DNA of 61,934 bases, taken from contig NC_068990.1 of assembly GCF_001194135.2 (NCBI RefSeq), positions 13,878,333-13,940,266 on the forward strand, in the 5' to 3' direction. How positions within the stretch are numbered: position 1 is the stretch's first letter; every line of letters begins with the position of its first letter. This stretch comes from Octopus bimaculoides (taxonomy: Eukaryota). A model generated the notes under the pieces. It saw only the letters and a program-made list of their open reading frames with translations, ran no database searches and was not told where the DNA came from. The translations under genes were made by a program, and so were the position numbers. Shown here piece by piece: positions 13,000-25,499 of this stretch.

Positions 13000-13220
13000 A
13001 AGGCGGTAAGTTGGCAGAATCGTTAGCGTGCCGGACGAAATGCTTAGCGGTATTTCGCCCGTCGCTACGTTCTGAGTTCAAATTCTGCCGAGGTCGACTT
13101 TGCCTTTCATCCTTTCGGGATTGGTGAATTAAGTATCAGTAAAGTACTGGAGTCGATGTAAAGTACTGGAGTTCTCTCCTCACAAATTTCAGGCTCTGTG
13201 CCTATAGTAGAAAGGATTAT
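13000..13220 (+). mobile_element. SINE family A
   Basis: aggcggtaagttggcagaatcgttagc...gaaatgcttagcggtatttcg...gaggtcgactttgcctttcatcctttcggg. Carries an internal duplication of gtaaagtactggagt. Confidence 0.9.
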
Positions 13221-13344
13221 ATTTAGTAGGGGTGTGGATACTTAAAAGACGTGTGCGATGCTGAGAACATACAACATAGTCTCAATTTGGAATCTGCTGA
13301 CTGAATCAGAATCTATTGAACAAAAAAGAAAAGTAGAAAGAGAA

Positions 13345-14170
13345 ATAATACGATGAACGACAGAATGACAACGGTACAGATGACATACCAGCAGAAGCAT
13401 CAACATTGTTAAATAACCACAGCATAAATCTAAAAACAGACTTATGCAGTGTATTGTGTAGTAGTGTACAAATTCCGATGAACATGAATAAATTATCTTT
13501 ACTCCATTCACAAAGAAAGCTAAATCTCGTGACTGCACAGTGTTTAGAATGTGCCTAATAGGTCACGTGACTCAGCAACAAGCGCAGAAATAATCCAATA
13601 AAGAATTACATCATGAATAAATGAATAATGAAACCTTAAAGCATAAACGGGAACTCGAGAAGTAATATTTAACTTAAGAACCCTAGATGAAACTGTACAC
13701 ATAAATCAAGATTTTTACATGGTATTTGTATAGAGCACGAAGGCATTAGACGAAATAAAACATGCAAAGGTAATTATCGTGTAGAAGAATATAGGATTAA
13801 GTTATCCAAATAATAGCAATAGTGTACTAGGAGTAATAGTGATAAGAACTGAAAGAGGAGAGCACTTAGAATTTAAAATTAAGAAATGAGTCAAGTAAAA
13901 TAGTGTATTTAACCTAGAGACTGAGAATGCATGATATGACAGAGCGGCAATAAGTGATATGAACATCAGCACCCTTAGATATGCAGACGATACTAACTTA
14001 TTAACGGTCAGTAGAGGTGACCTACAAAACCATGTAGCAATTAAATGACGAAGAAATGTCCCCTGAGAAAGGAATGCATGCAAATAAAACAAAATCAATA
14101 GCAATCAGGGAGAAACAACACTCGTCCAAAATAATTATTACAATTGAAGAAAAACTAATGGAACAGTGAA
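13345..14170 (+). pseudogene. RTE-clade LINE reverse transcriptase remnant
   Basis: Colinear motifs GTDDIPAEA, CTVFRMCLIGHVT, GTREVIFNLRTL, FV*STKALDEIKH, VIRTERGE..FKIKK and NISTLRYADDT (YADD at 13980-13991), with many stops and frameshifts. Confidence 0.85.
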
Positions 14171-14859
14171 AATATCTAATGAAGGTTTTTCATTCGCATT
14201 TATATTCACTATAATCTCGGTAACATTTGTCATAAAAACAAGAAAGATAGAAATAGAAAGGAAAATTGAGAAATGTCGAATGTAGCACAATTGTGTCGAT
14301 TTTATTTATTTACTTATTTTCGCTTTTTTTTTCTTCAATCATTATCCGTCTGATTTGTTGCTCATGCATTTGTTACTCGAAATGTAAATCTGCCTATTAG
14401 CATGCAATGCAAAAAAAAGAAACAGAAATTGCACTCAAGTGAATGAAGCTTAAGCCAGTTTCCCGTTATATTTTAGGTCTTATAAATGACTTTTAACCAT
14501 GAGCGCTTAGTAATTAGATACGCTGCTGATAAGGACAAAAACTAAATTGAAAATATATTTTACGGGTTTTAAACACCAATTGCTTAATTCAACTTATGCT
14601 GAAAAGGCTTACGTTAACTTTAGAATTTTTACCTAACTGTATCCTATACCTTAGGACTTATAATTAATCCTGAGTTTAATTATGGTATAATATGCAGAAT
14701 AAGTGGGAGACTGGCTTTGTAAATGTGCTTCAGTTCAAATGGGAAGAGGAACTGACTTTTTATTATGATCAATGCACGTTGCTACCAAGACATGAGATAT
14801 CCTGTTCCGCTTCAAGAGAAAGGTTACTCGAATGAGTGGCACAAAACCATACAAAACCA

Positions 14860-15220
14860 TACAAAGCAGGCGTGTTTCCTCCTTTCTACCTTTTCTACTG
14901 TGTCTAAAGTGACCTCTGCTTCTCAGAGTTGCCTGGTCATGTGCCTTCTCTATGTCCTTCATCCAGCCATTTACATTTTACAACCGTTCTCTCATCTCTT
15001 ATGTTGCGTGCAGCCCCTTCGCTAAATACTACTACTAATCTCCATCCGGGACATCGGCCCTCTCGAATCTACTTCCTGATCGTGTCTTTCATGCACAAGT
15101 TGACTTGTCAAAATTTAAATGGGATATTAACGCCAAGAATAGCATCGGTCTTCGAGGACGAACAAAGGTCAGACGAAATACTCCTTCCCTCGGGCTCACC
15201 AACTAAAACGATACCGTGAA
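14860..15220 (-). mobile_element. Possible RTE-like LINE 3' remnant
   Basis: Weak motifs MKDTIRK and W-MKDIEKA only. Confidence 0.3.
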
Positions 15221-15608
15221 AGAACATCATTCAAAGAATACAGCAATATTTAACTGAAAAAAATTTAATATTCGTGTCTGCTTGTTTGCATATTACGTAC
15301 ATCGGAATATTTTTTATTGCGTAATATATTATAATACGTTGGAATGAAAATACTGCCAAAAATCAATGTGGAGCTTCGGGAGCATGACCCTTGATAGAAG
15401 CCGATGAATTAAAGACCTAAAAAAAGCATATTAATGTTCATACTTATGGATAACAAAAGCAATATTTTGTGTAGAAAGATTATATATAGTATGAAAACCT
15501 CATTTTATGTTTTAAAAAGATTTTTGATAATGTATTTATTTATTAAGAACTTTGCTTTGAAATATATAACAGCTAATTTTTCTTCTTTTTTTTTTTTGAG
15601 GTTTGCTA

Positions 15609-15820
15609 TTATATTGATTTCAAATTTTGATTGACATAAGGACAGTAAGTTTGGGAAGGAGGGTAAGTCGATTAAATCGACCCCAGTGCTCAACTGGTAC
15701 TTATTTTATCAACCTCGAAAGGATGAAAGGTAAAATCGACCCCGGTGACATTTGAATCCAGAACGTAATGACAGACGAAATGCCGCTAAGCATTTTGTCC
15801 GGCGTGCTAACGATTCTACT
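15609..15820 (-). mobile_element. SINE family A
   Basis: Reverse complement of the family A body (gtcgattaaatcgaccccagtgctcaactggtactta...gacgaaatgccgctaagcat). Confidence 0.85.
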
Positions 15821-16243
15821 ATTTAAAGGTTTGATACAATATTGGTGGCAGAGCTAGAATAAACTTTAAAATATTTCTACGAGGCACAAAAGTTTATAAG
15901 ATCGGGACTAGTTCTAGTAATGGTTATCCTCGGCAGTGTCAATCAAAAATGGTACGAAACTATCCCTGATTCAAATTGATAATAAGCCAGTATCATTCCA
16001 AAACGATTTCGAAGTGTATTCGTTGTGACAGCTGGAATGAAACATGATTTGGTCTTCTGTCTAGAGATACAAGTAGAAACTGAGGAATAGAAATCCCTAA
16101 AAACATTTTGTCAGGTTGTCTACTTATTCTGATATCCATTGCCTCTAAAAGGCACAACAAAAAAACACAATTGCTTTGAAAAGGAAACGTCGATTCAAAG
16201 TCTCTCAGTATTAGACGAATACCTTTTTTATCCGTTCTGAAGA

Positions 16244-16396
16244 TATTGGCTTCAAATTTTGGCACAAGCTGATTACATGGACCCCAATGATCAAAAATAA
16301 CGATTCGAGAGGATGAAAGGTAAAGTCGACAGCTGAGAAATGTAAACGTAAAGACGGACGAAATGCCGCTAAGCATTTCGCCAGCTCGCTGCCTTA
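16244..16396 (-). mobile_element. SINE family A, internally deleted
   Basis: aaattttggcacaag...ggatgaaaggtaaagtcgac...gacgaaatgccgctaagcatttcgccagctcgc. Confidence 0.8.
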
Positions 16397-16485
16397 TCTC
16401 TCCAGAAGATATTAAATGCAAGATCTACATCATAGCTGTGCTGCAGTCATTATTCGTTTTTTTTTGTTTGTTTTTTTTGTTTTAT

Positions 16486-16708
16486 GGTGGTAGACTGGAA
16501 GAATCGTTAGTGCATCAGAGAAATATGTTTAGCAGCATTTCTTTCGATTCCTTATATTCTGAGCTCAAATCCCGCTTATGTCAACTTTGGTTTTCATCAT
16601 TTCGGGGTCGATAAATCACCGCACCAGTCAAGTTCTGTAGGAGATGTATCGACTAATATTACCTCCCCTAATATTATTGGTTTTGTGCTAAAATCTGAAA
16701 TCATTATC
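16486..16708 (+). mobile_element. SINE family A, diverged
   Basis: gaatcgttagtgc...attctgagctcaaatccc...tttcggggtcgataaa...ttttgtgctaaaatctgaaatc. Confidence 0.75.
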
Positions 16709-17139
16709 ATTGTTTCATCTAGTGTTATTTTTCATTTTAATATATTCTATATCCTATCGGTGCAAGTTATTACAATGCACAATATTTGCATTTTTAAGAA
16801 CTTTTAGTCATAAATACAATTCAGCTAAATTTTAAATGTTAACAATTAACTTGCAGGTGTTTTCGGCTTTTATTGTGGTTATACATTTTAAAACTTTTCA
16901 ACATTTCCAGAAGTTGAGCGTGATAAACTCTATTTCATACATTTCGCTGTGCTTCTGTTGCCTGAAGCAGTCATGAAAAATTGGATGCAAAAACAAGACA
17001 TGTTCAACTGAATCTAGTTAACTCGGAATAGTTTTAATACAAGACTAGCAGCAACAAATAATTATGCTCAAATGTTGCATTAATCAAGGGAAAAGATAAC
17101 CAGGAAAATGTAAACTGATAATAATTAATAATAGATAAC

Positions 17140-17330
17140 GAAAGAATCATTTCTTTTCACCAGGCAAAAGGCAATGTTTGTACAACTGAAGTCAAAGTAG
17201 AGCGGAGTCGATTGAAATGACTTCGGTTTAATACTGGTTTCTGTTTTATCGACATGAAAGGCATACAAGATAAAGTGGAAGCCGGTGAGACTCCAACGCG
17301 TAATGTAAAAGGTTGATACGAAATATTATA
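17140..17330 (-). mobile_element. SINE family A, highly diverged
   Basis: gagtcgattgaaatgac...tttatcgacatgaaagg...aaagtggaagccgg. Confidence 0.5.
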
Positions 17331-18997
17331 ATGTAATTAATCAAAGGAATAGCTACGTGATTAAAACGTAAACTTCGGGTCAACAATCATGTAGTTTCTA
17401 TTCTAAAGCAAATGTATTCTTAAAGTCCAGTCGGCCTATGCCTTGAGAATGAAATTGCGCCAAGAGAATTTGTGTATTAATCCAAAAAATGAACTTGCTC
17501 ATTGTTGTGATATTTAATTCATTATTCTGTTAGACCACCATCTACCCTTGGGTCCAGAAACATACTAGAAACATATAAAAAAAAATCTTTCATACGCTGG
17601 AAAAATCAACTCCCATTCTCAAAATACATTCTGTCTGAACAAAATATATTGTCTCATAAGATATTCTGCAAAATGCTTTCCTAGATAATTAGATATATTT
17701 ACCTAGTAGCACAACACGATACGGTTGGCGGTGCAGAAACCTTCAATCACACTTTTACATTGAGGTCACTTTATCAATTCACATTTTACAACCTTATTCT
17801 ATTAACATTTCAAGAAGCAATAAGCAATTCATTTCCCAAACGTACTAAGTAAATTTACAAAACGCTGTCTTAAATAGTTATTCCAGCAAACATTCTTAAA
17901 ACCAAAGTGGTTTATCATTAAACCAGCACAAATACTTGACTGGAGTGTATTATATCGAATTGGAAAGGATTTTCCCTCAGAGGGTAAAGGGATGAAACTA
18001 AATACCACAAGTTTCTGTTTTTGGCATTGCACCTATTCTGCCAATTCTCCACTCCGCTTTTCATATACAAAAGATTTTTTACACAAAATTTTAACATCAA
18101 TTTATTTCTTCAAAAACAAGCAGGATGGTAGATTCAAGCTGTTACCCAGTTTAGCACCACTACTTTGTTTGTGGGGACTCCACTCTTTCGCAAGCCTTTT
18201 GCAGGACTTCGAACGCAGAATACATACACGAGCTATCATTTCTTTCTATATTTCCATACCTGTTTTGCAGGCCTTACGAAAACCGCTCATGGGTGCTGAT
18301 CTTCTGCCTCTCTCCAAGCCATAAAAATTAGTAGTACTGCTTACAGTTGAAACGAACATGTTAATTAGTCCTTTAAATATAGTAAATAATTATCAAATTA
18401 TTTTTTTCAGTTGGCAAACACGAGTGTCAAAATTAATGTTTAAAAATTATTTTTATTTTTGTTGTATTTCTTTGCCTGTATTTCTTTGTCGTTGCTAAAA
18501 TACCTTAAATTATAGGTCTACTCGGAGAGTTAACCTAGGGCTATAAGAAAAGTCTAGAACTGCAACAACAATAATTGGCTCCTCAAAACAGAAGAACAGA
18601 GCTTCGAATTGGTAAACTAGTAAAATCAAAGTTTTAAATGATATTGTATTTGCTGTTGCTGTCGTTGTTGCGGTGGTTGTTATTGTTGTTAAGTTCCACA
18701 GCAAGCCCTATTTGGAAGATTTATGATGAAAGGCTCTCCAGCCATGACCAGTCCGCGATTGTTGTTTGTAACGCTGTATTGCCACATTTCCCATGCCTTG
18801 TTTCAAACAGTATAGAGTGAGAGTGTTTTCATTGTTATTTCTAGCCTATTGAGACATCACAAAAAGAACTAAGAAAGATCTGGTAAAGAAAAATTTGAAC
18901 GTTTCCAACAGACCATTTCATAGAGGTAATCTTAGAGATTTCCTCTCACTCATCAACTTAATATACTAACCAGCATACGATCCCAGTGATGGTTAAC

Positions 18998-19267
18998 AAC
19001 CTGCTAAAAATAGCAGCCTAATCTCTCTCTCTCGATCATAAATAGTGAAATATCATAAATAACAAGGGCCGTTGTGGTGGTTTAAATCAAAATTAACCGT
19101 CATAGAGCAAATTCAAAGACATTGCGTCCGTGACAATGCCGTCCTTGTACGGCTAAGTCTATGCCTGCATTTCCAATGTATTCTTTTCTTATTTAAAAAT
19201 CAATATTTTGCTCCAGTGGGATTTAGAGAGTGATCTGGGAGAGATTTGGTTACAATTTCTAGCAGGT
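18998..19267. mobile_element. MITE-like unit bounded by about 40-bp imperfect inverted repeats
   Basis: aacctgctaaaaatagcagcctaatctc...gatca (18998-19038) pairs with tgatctgggagagatttggttacaatttctagcaggt (19231-19267). The same motif recurs across the window. Confidence 0.45.
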
Positions 19268-19303
19268 CAGATGATTATGAAGCAAATCCTTCATAATGTA
19301 GAT

Positions 19304-19304
<1 letters not shown>

Positions 19305-19353
<49 letters not shown>

Positions 19354-19560
19354 GCACATACACACATATATATACACACACATATATACACACAAAGAAA
19401 AATAGAGATAAATTCATTTATATGCGTGCAAACCTCTATACATTAGTATATATACATGTATATATATATATATAAATTATATATATACATGTGTGTTCGC
19501 GTGCGTGTGTTGATGTATATGTGTGTGAATATGTATGTATGAATGTATGTATGTGTGTGT
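19305..19560. repeat. CA/TA/TG low-complexity tract
   Basis: Direct observation. Confidence 0.85.
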
Positions 19561-20595
19561 TAATATATGAAAAGGTGACTGTCGGAGGTACCTTTCTTGT
19601 TTTGGAGGTACCTTTCTTACAAGCATAATTTGCTCCCTTCCTATCCTGTTTGGTATTTTAAAATATTGTTTAAATATACATATATAACACTCTCTAATAT
19701 CCGAAAATATTTTGTTAGCGATACCGTAAAATAAGACGTAAATTCCCAGAGAAAAGATTCTACAACACGGTTTCAAATCCCAGATCAAGCTATTTCCCTT
19801 TATGCTGAGCAAAATTCCTGAGCCCAAAAAAAAATAGGTATAGATTTCAGAATTTCCGTCCAATTTAAGTATCAGAATTGTAACCGATCGATTTCGGGAT
19901 TCTCTTGTAAAAGCCTCTTTTGTAAAACTTCCAAACTATATTGATTATTTCTATAAACTTTTCATCCAAACTTATTTCCTTAAGACTTTGCTCTGTTTAC
20001 CAATATTATTTCCTGGAGTCTTCAAAGGATAAAAAAGAAGATATGCAATCTAACTCAACAATTTTTCTTCCTTTATTTCTTACGTTCTCTGGGCAATTTT
20101 TACCCTTTTCCTCTCCATCTTTCTCACCCTCTCATCATTCTCTCGCTCTCACACACGTTTATTCATTCACAGATATTTATTTTTCTTCCTTAAAATTATT
20201 TTTCCCTTTCCTTATTTCAACATTGGATTCATTCTGTAACCCACTGTCAACCTTTTATTCCTTACGACTAACTTTTATTTTTTTACCTTTCTCATTTTCG
20301 CTCTTCATCTTTCTTCACATTTTTTTTTTTTTTACTTTACTTATTAATTTATTTATTTATTTTTGCCGATAAATCACCGATTTTTCTTAAAGTATCTTTG
20401 ATGCAACCCTTATTTTATTTAATGTTTTTTTTTCTATAATTCAACAATCTTTTACTATTTCATAGAAATCAATAGATAAATTAATAGCGCCATTGCTCTC
20501 ATAACGTTTCCTAGGATGAAACTTATTTCAACTTCCTCCACAATTCCAAAATAAACTTTCGTAAAGGAGAGCTACTGCGTATTCAAATTTCATTC

Positions 20596-20596
20596 A

Positions 20597-20641
<45 letters not shown>

Positions 20642-20750
20642 CTGCAGCGGCAGCAACAATAGTAGCAGTAGTGATAGTGGTAATCTTTTTTTAGGACTAT
20701 TGATTTCTCATAATACCAATAATAATAATAACAATAATGATAATGATAAT
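20596..20750. repeat. (AGT)n/(TAA)n compound trinucleotide tract
   Basis: Direct observation. Confidence 0.9.
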
Positions 20751-21258
20751 TGCGAAAAATAAATAAAAAGCTTAATGAATTAATTCGCTTCCCTGAACAG
20801 AAATCATTACAAATTATTCCGAAATCTGTCGAATTCAGGAAAATCAAACTAACACTGTCAGTCTTTTTAATGTGTGAAAAAAATTAACCTGAATGTATTG
20901 GGACGAAAAAGTACAGATGGAGATCATAAAACGAAGCCAAAATTGAAGTACGTTTTAAAACAAATCGCAAAGCTGAAGATCTTCCGGTCGTTTCACGTGT
21001 TAACCTTAATTGGGAAGAGAGAAGTCTTTTAATTTGGGGTCAAAAGAAAGGATAAGAAACGAAAAGCAATGCTTTGTTTTGTCCTCGGCAATTTTTACAA
21101 TATGTGTAAGCATGGCATTCGCTGAAATGACAGCATGGTGAAAGGATCTCATAAGAATTTAGTAAACGTTTGCTTACCCACAAAAACAGACTTAAGAAAT
21201 GAAAAAAATTGATCAGGAAATATAACCTGGGTGGAATCATGTTACAAGAGACACTTAC

Positions 21259-21318
21259 CAGGACGCATGCGCCGTCAGTTGCCGGCTACTGCTACTGTGA
21301 ATGTCACGTCGCTTTGAG
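21259..21318 (-). CDS. Candidate 60-nt internal exon of an unidentified gene (xSKRRDIHSSSSRQLTAHASx)
   Basis: Acceptor ctcttttattgctcttattcacgcAG and donor TG|GTAAGT. Only one frame is open (phase 2-2), the length is divisible by 3, and the segment is locally CpG-rich. No recognisable homology. Confidence 0.4.
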
Positions 21319-21904
21319 CTGCGTGAATAAGAGCAATAAAAGAGACTGGCCACAGTAAGACTTCTTTTTGTTTGTTTGTTTTAGTTCGGTGGGGATTTAT
21401 TGTTGTGTTATTTTTAATAGATACTTGCTGAACTCTAAACATTTTTGTCTGCCTGTGGTGAGTCTGGTTGTACTCACTTTTTAGTGAGTTAAAATTTTTT
21501 TGGTGTGAGTATCTCGCCACCAAAATATTGTTCCTGTGCTGTAATTCTGGCGTTGGAGTACCTAGTTTGCTGTAGTTCCTGCTTCGGAGTGCCTGGTTTG
21601 CTGTTGCTATCGATTTCCAGCTGTAAAGTCACTTTGAACTGAGAGCATTATATCATAACTAAGAAAACCGTTTTCATCAGATGACCGCATAGATCTCAAG
21701 CATAAAGTACATGTCTGAACAAACAAGAGCGAATTTATCCAGTGAGTTGGATCGTGCCATCAGCATACACTACATGAATATCGGATGGAAAAACTTCTAT
21801 GTAGAGTTTGATACTCACCTAATACTGTCTGAGTGTGCAAATAAGTTCGTCCTAACAAGTTGCCTCAATTTAAGTACCTAATTCAAAAGAATCTAAATAA
21901 CATC

Positions 21905-21932
21905 TTAGACAGACAGACAGACAGACAGATAA

Positions 21933-21977
<45 letters not shown>

Positions 21978-22003
21978 GAGACATACAGACAGACAGACAT
22001 AGA

Positions 22004-22042
<39 letters not shown>

Positions 22043-22050
22043 GCAGATAA

Positions 22051-22087
<37 letters not shown>

Positions 22088-22112
22088 GAGACAGACAGAC
22101 AGACAGACAGAC

Positions 22113-22161
<49 letters not shown>

Positions 22162-22198
22162 CGGACAGACAGACAGACAGACAGATAGATAGATAGAT
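21905..22198. repeat. (GATA)n/(GACA)n compound microsatellite
   Basis: Direct observation. Confidence 0.95.
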
Positions 22199-22283
22199 AT
22201 TTCAATCTTAAGAAAGTGCAAGAGGGTTGAAAACAAAGCGACAAGACGTTCTGAGTTAAGAGAGTTCTCACTGTTTGCAAATA

Positions 22284-22502
22284 CGAGGGAGTGCTGAAAA
22301 GTTCCTGGCTTTGGGTGAAAAAGAAAATACAAGAGGGTCAGTTAATTATGATTTTATTCAACATATTCCCTTCTCAGATTCACACACTTATTGCAGCGGT
22401 CTTTCAGTTTTCCTAAGCCCTGTAAAAGAACTCGGCAAGTTGGGCCTCCAACCAGGCCTTTCGTGACACCCTTGAAGCTAGAAACTTTTTAGCACACCCT
22501 TG
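22284..22502. mobile_element. Mariner-derived MITE
   Basis: TA|CGAGGGAGTGCTGAAAAGTTCCTGGCTT ... AAGCTAGAAACTTTTTAGCACACCCTTG|TA: imperfect 28-bp TIRs with a TA target duplication. Confidence 0.85.
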
Positions 22503-22747
22503 TATGCGGTTAAGTTGGTATGTATCCATGTTTGTATGTATAGTTATGCCAATTCCTTTGACAATTCATTTGAATTTTGAACTATATCTAAATTTTAATG
22601 CGTTTAATTTAATGCTTATCATTTCACCTACTTCCTATTTTTATAATTTCGTGTGTACATTCCAAGTCTTGTGGTCCTTTGTAACACGCTATAAGCGGAC
22701 TTTTTAATCAAACAGAATTTAAAGATTCTTTCTTCATCATCTTCTCA

Positions 22748-22748
22748 T

Positions 22749-22781
<33 letters not shown>

Positions 22782-22875
22782 AACTGCTGCTGTTGTTGCT
22801 ACTGTGGCTGTTGTTGCTGCTGCTGCTTCTGCTGATGCGGCTACTAATACTCCTACTACTACTAATATTAATACT
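22748..22875. repeat. (CTA)/(CTG)/(TTG) trinucleotide tract
   Basis: Direct observation. Confidence 0.9.
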
Positions 22876-23014
22876 ATTTTTGTTTTTATACGTTATCGCG
22901 AAATAAATCCCTTCGGAGACCCCCAAAAGAATTTTTTTAGCAGAGAGGAAGATATACTATGGTTACTGGGTTGAATTCCAAACATTCTAGTACAGCTATT
23001 CACACACATGAATT

Positions 23015-23745
23015 GATTTTGGCAACAACAAAAACATTTTTGTCTGCTCCCAGACAAATGGTGGTGTACTAAACTACATCGAGTACGCTGATTCCGAATT
23101 TGAACTCAGAATTGTTGTGGCACGTCAGGATTTTGAGCTATGCGCATAATTATATATTGATATTATATTAGTATCAGGAATAGTTAAGTTCAAGGTAAAT
23201 AATTATTATAATAGTATATTAGTACGGTATATAGTAAATTTATGTTCAAGGCAAATAGTATTATAATATAATGGTACATAGTATACTTACGTTAAGGAAA
23301 TACTCACTTTATTTTCGATATACTCATCTTAGAAATGTTTGAGACACTTGCTCCTACACTTATGCATTGCGCTGGTCTCCTGTTGTAGGAACCAGCAGTG
23401 GTCACCCATCGTCTGTGGATTGAACTGGCCTTCATACCTCGTTTCCATCTCAAATATGTTCTGGTGGAACCTCTCACCATGCTCATCACTAAGGGCGCCA
23501 AGATTCGTTCGAAAAAAATCCAGATAAGAATGCAAGAAGTGGATTTTAATGAGATATTCGGCATCCCATTCTTTCAAGCGCTTGTTAGCATGTTGTTTAT
23601 TAAATCAGCATAGTTTTCAGCTCTATGATTTCTAAAAAAAAGTTCTGTACAATGAATGAATCCCATGCCGTCATCTCAGTGGAGATCCATAACTGAGAGG
23701 TGCTCCTACAGTACACAAAGACATTCTAACTTGCATCCGGAAAAG
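23015..23745 (-). mobile_element. Chapaev3/CMC-like DNA transposon 3' remnant (transposase C-terminus and right end)
   Basis: AWDSF..VQNF..NHRAENYADLINNML, a frameshift, then KIHFLHSYLDFFRTNLGALSDEHGERFHQNIFEMETRYEGQ..MGDHCW (stop at 23329). The family assignment is from recalled motifs. Confidence 0.75.
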
Positions 23746-25499
23746 TGCTATTCACAAAAACCTTCCATGTTCTGACCTACATGTACTCTATCTGCTTTTT
23801 TTACTATTACGATGATATTTATTTTATGTTGTTGGCTTGGTTCATGTCATCTTTACTCAGATATCTCTGGCACATTTCACACTCTTCTTCCTTTCACCCT
23901 TGTTGTGAACGACACCAAGCCCTTCTGATTACCTCCTTTCTTATGTCTTTCCCAGAGATGTTGGCTTGCAATGTTTGAAGACGAACATTTAACAGAATTA
24001 ATCTCACCAGCTCCGCGGGAAGGTCTGAGGAGGCTGCTGAGGCTCTCCCTTTCTCCTAACCCAGCAATTTCAACTAAAGCATTACTTTTCAAGAAGATAT
24101 GTATCTGAATAACTTATTAACTTTGTTATTCTGGACTCTTACGTCAAACATTATACGCTAATATACATTCACACTGTAATTCTTTTTTCTCTTATCGCTA
24201 CATCGGTACATACAGTGAATTCCACATTTTCCTGATGTAATAGTAAAACGAAAACATTTTGGGAATAGCGTCTCATACTTAGCAAATGATTGAAAATATT
24301 ATTTGTTAATACATAATTTTGTTTTGCTCCCATCGCAATATTGATTTTAGTAAACGTTGTAATTCTTTCTCTATTAAATATATTAACACTAACTCGGCTA
24401 CTAAAATATAGATTCCATTGTCTGTAAGAAGTTTCAAAATGCTTGTCGAGCAAAATATGATTGATTATATTTACAGTTACAACACGAGAGAGATTGTCTA
24501 ACAATCTAGAACTCATCATACTCAAACAGAAAAACTTTAAAAATATGTTGTGGATATTACAATTTAACGTCTATATTTATAGAACTCCCAGCTACATAGA
24601 GATGAAACGAGTAGAACTCTCGACTGAAAATGAGAAAAAGCGAGTAATGATATCTCTGTCATATAAATATGGTTATCTCCTCACAAAACAAGCTCCAGGT
24701 AGGGAAGTAGATAAATTATTCACGTACGATGTTTAGGGAATTAAATTTTCTCATCTGTTACAGATGCAAACAATAACTATCTCAAAAATAGTCAGTGAAT
24801 TTGTTTTAACAAAAATAATGTTAACTGGCAAGAAATAAAGGAAATTATTTTTTAAGAGAATACAATTCTTTTATATATCAAGTATCCGTTCATCAAAGCC
24901 TCAACACCTGACGTTTGTTTTTCCATGTTCTTCAGAAGAGAATCAATCCAGGTAAATTAAGGATCCACTAGTCCCATTCCAACACACCTCAACGAAACAT
25001 TACGATACTGGTGGTAGTTGCACTATGATCAGCTTATAAGATCCACTTCAAGATTAAGCAACTACTTTTGCACCCTAACAACATCCGTCATCAATACTAA
25101 CAAAGTTACTATATATAAAAGCCGCTTCTTCACATCTTAATGTGATCGAAGTACTCTAAATGCAGTTCTTGTCGCTGTCGTTATTGATTTTGTTGTTGCT
25201 TAAACCACAGGTTAACCTGATTGAACAAACTTCTGATGAACGGCATACTAGCATCGACCAACCGACCTTTCACTCTGACGAAACGTACCCAAGCCCACAT
25301 TATCGAGAGTCCGTCTTTCATTCAAATTGCTTGGGTGTGATAATATAATCAGGAGAACGGTCTGAGATTAGTCTGTGATATTAAGTTACAGTTGTATATC
25401 TTTTCATAATTTTGAACATTGTGAGAGCCAATTTGTTCTTCATCCTTCCTATGACAATGTATATATAAATAAATACACACACACACATACACATATATT

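Noticed and set aside
13562-13575. GTCACGTGAC (CLEAR/E-box) overlapping TGACTCA
   Set aside because: It is the coding sequence of the RTE motif GHVT within the RT remnant, with no promoter context.
18252-18337. Minus candidate exon TTNFYGLERGRRSAPMSGFRKACKT, phase-compatible with the 21259 exon
   Set aside because: The acceptor is weak, the joined peptide resembles nothing I recognise, and chance compatibility is likely.
19733-19828. Minus candidate exon with a WD40-like GNSLIWDLK
   Set aside because: It is a single short motif with a weak donor (GTATCG) and no other WD-repeat residues.
24937-24952. Strong acceptor plus CAG|GTAAAT defining a 16-nt microexon
   Set aside because: It is not frame-preserving and has no other support.
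25233-25290. CTGATGA … GAAACGT suggesting a canonical hammerhead
   Set aside because: No stem II can form between the two core halves, and stem I is absent.
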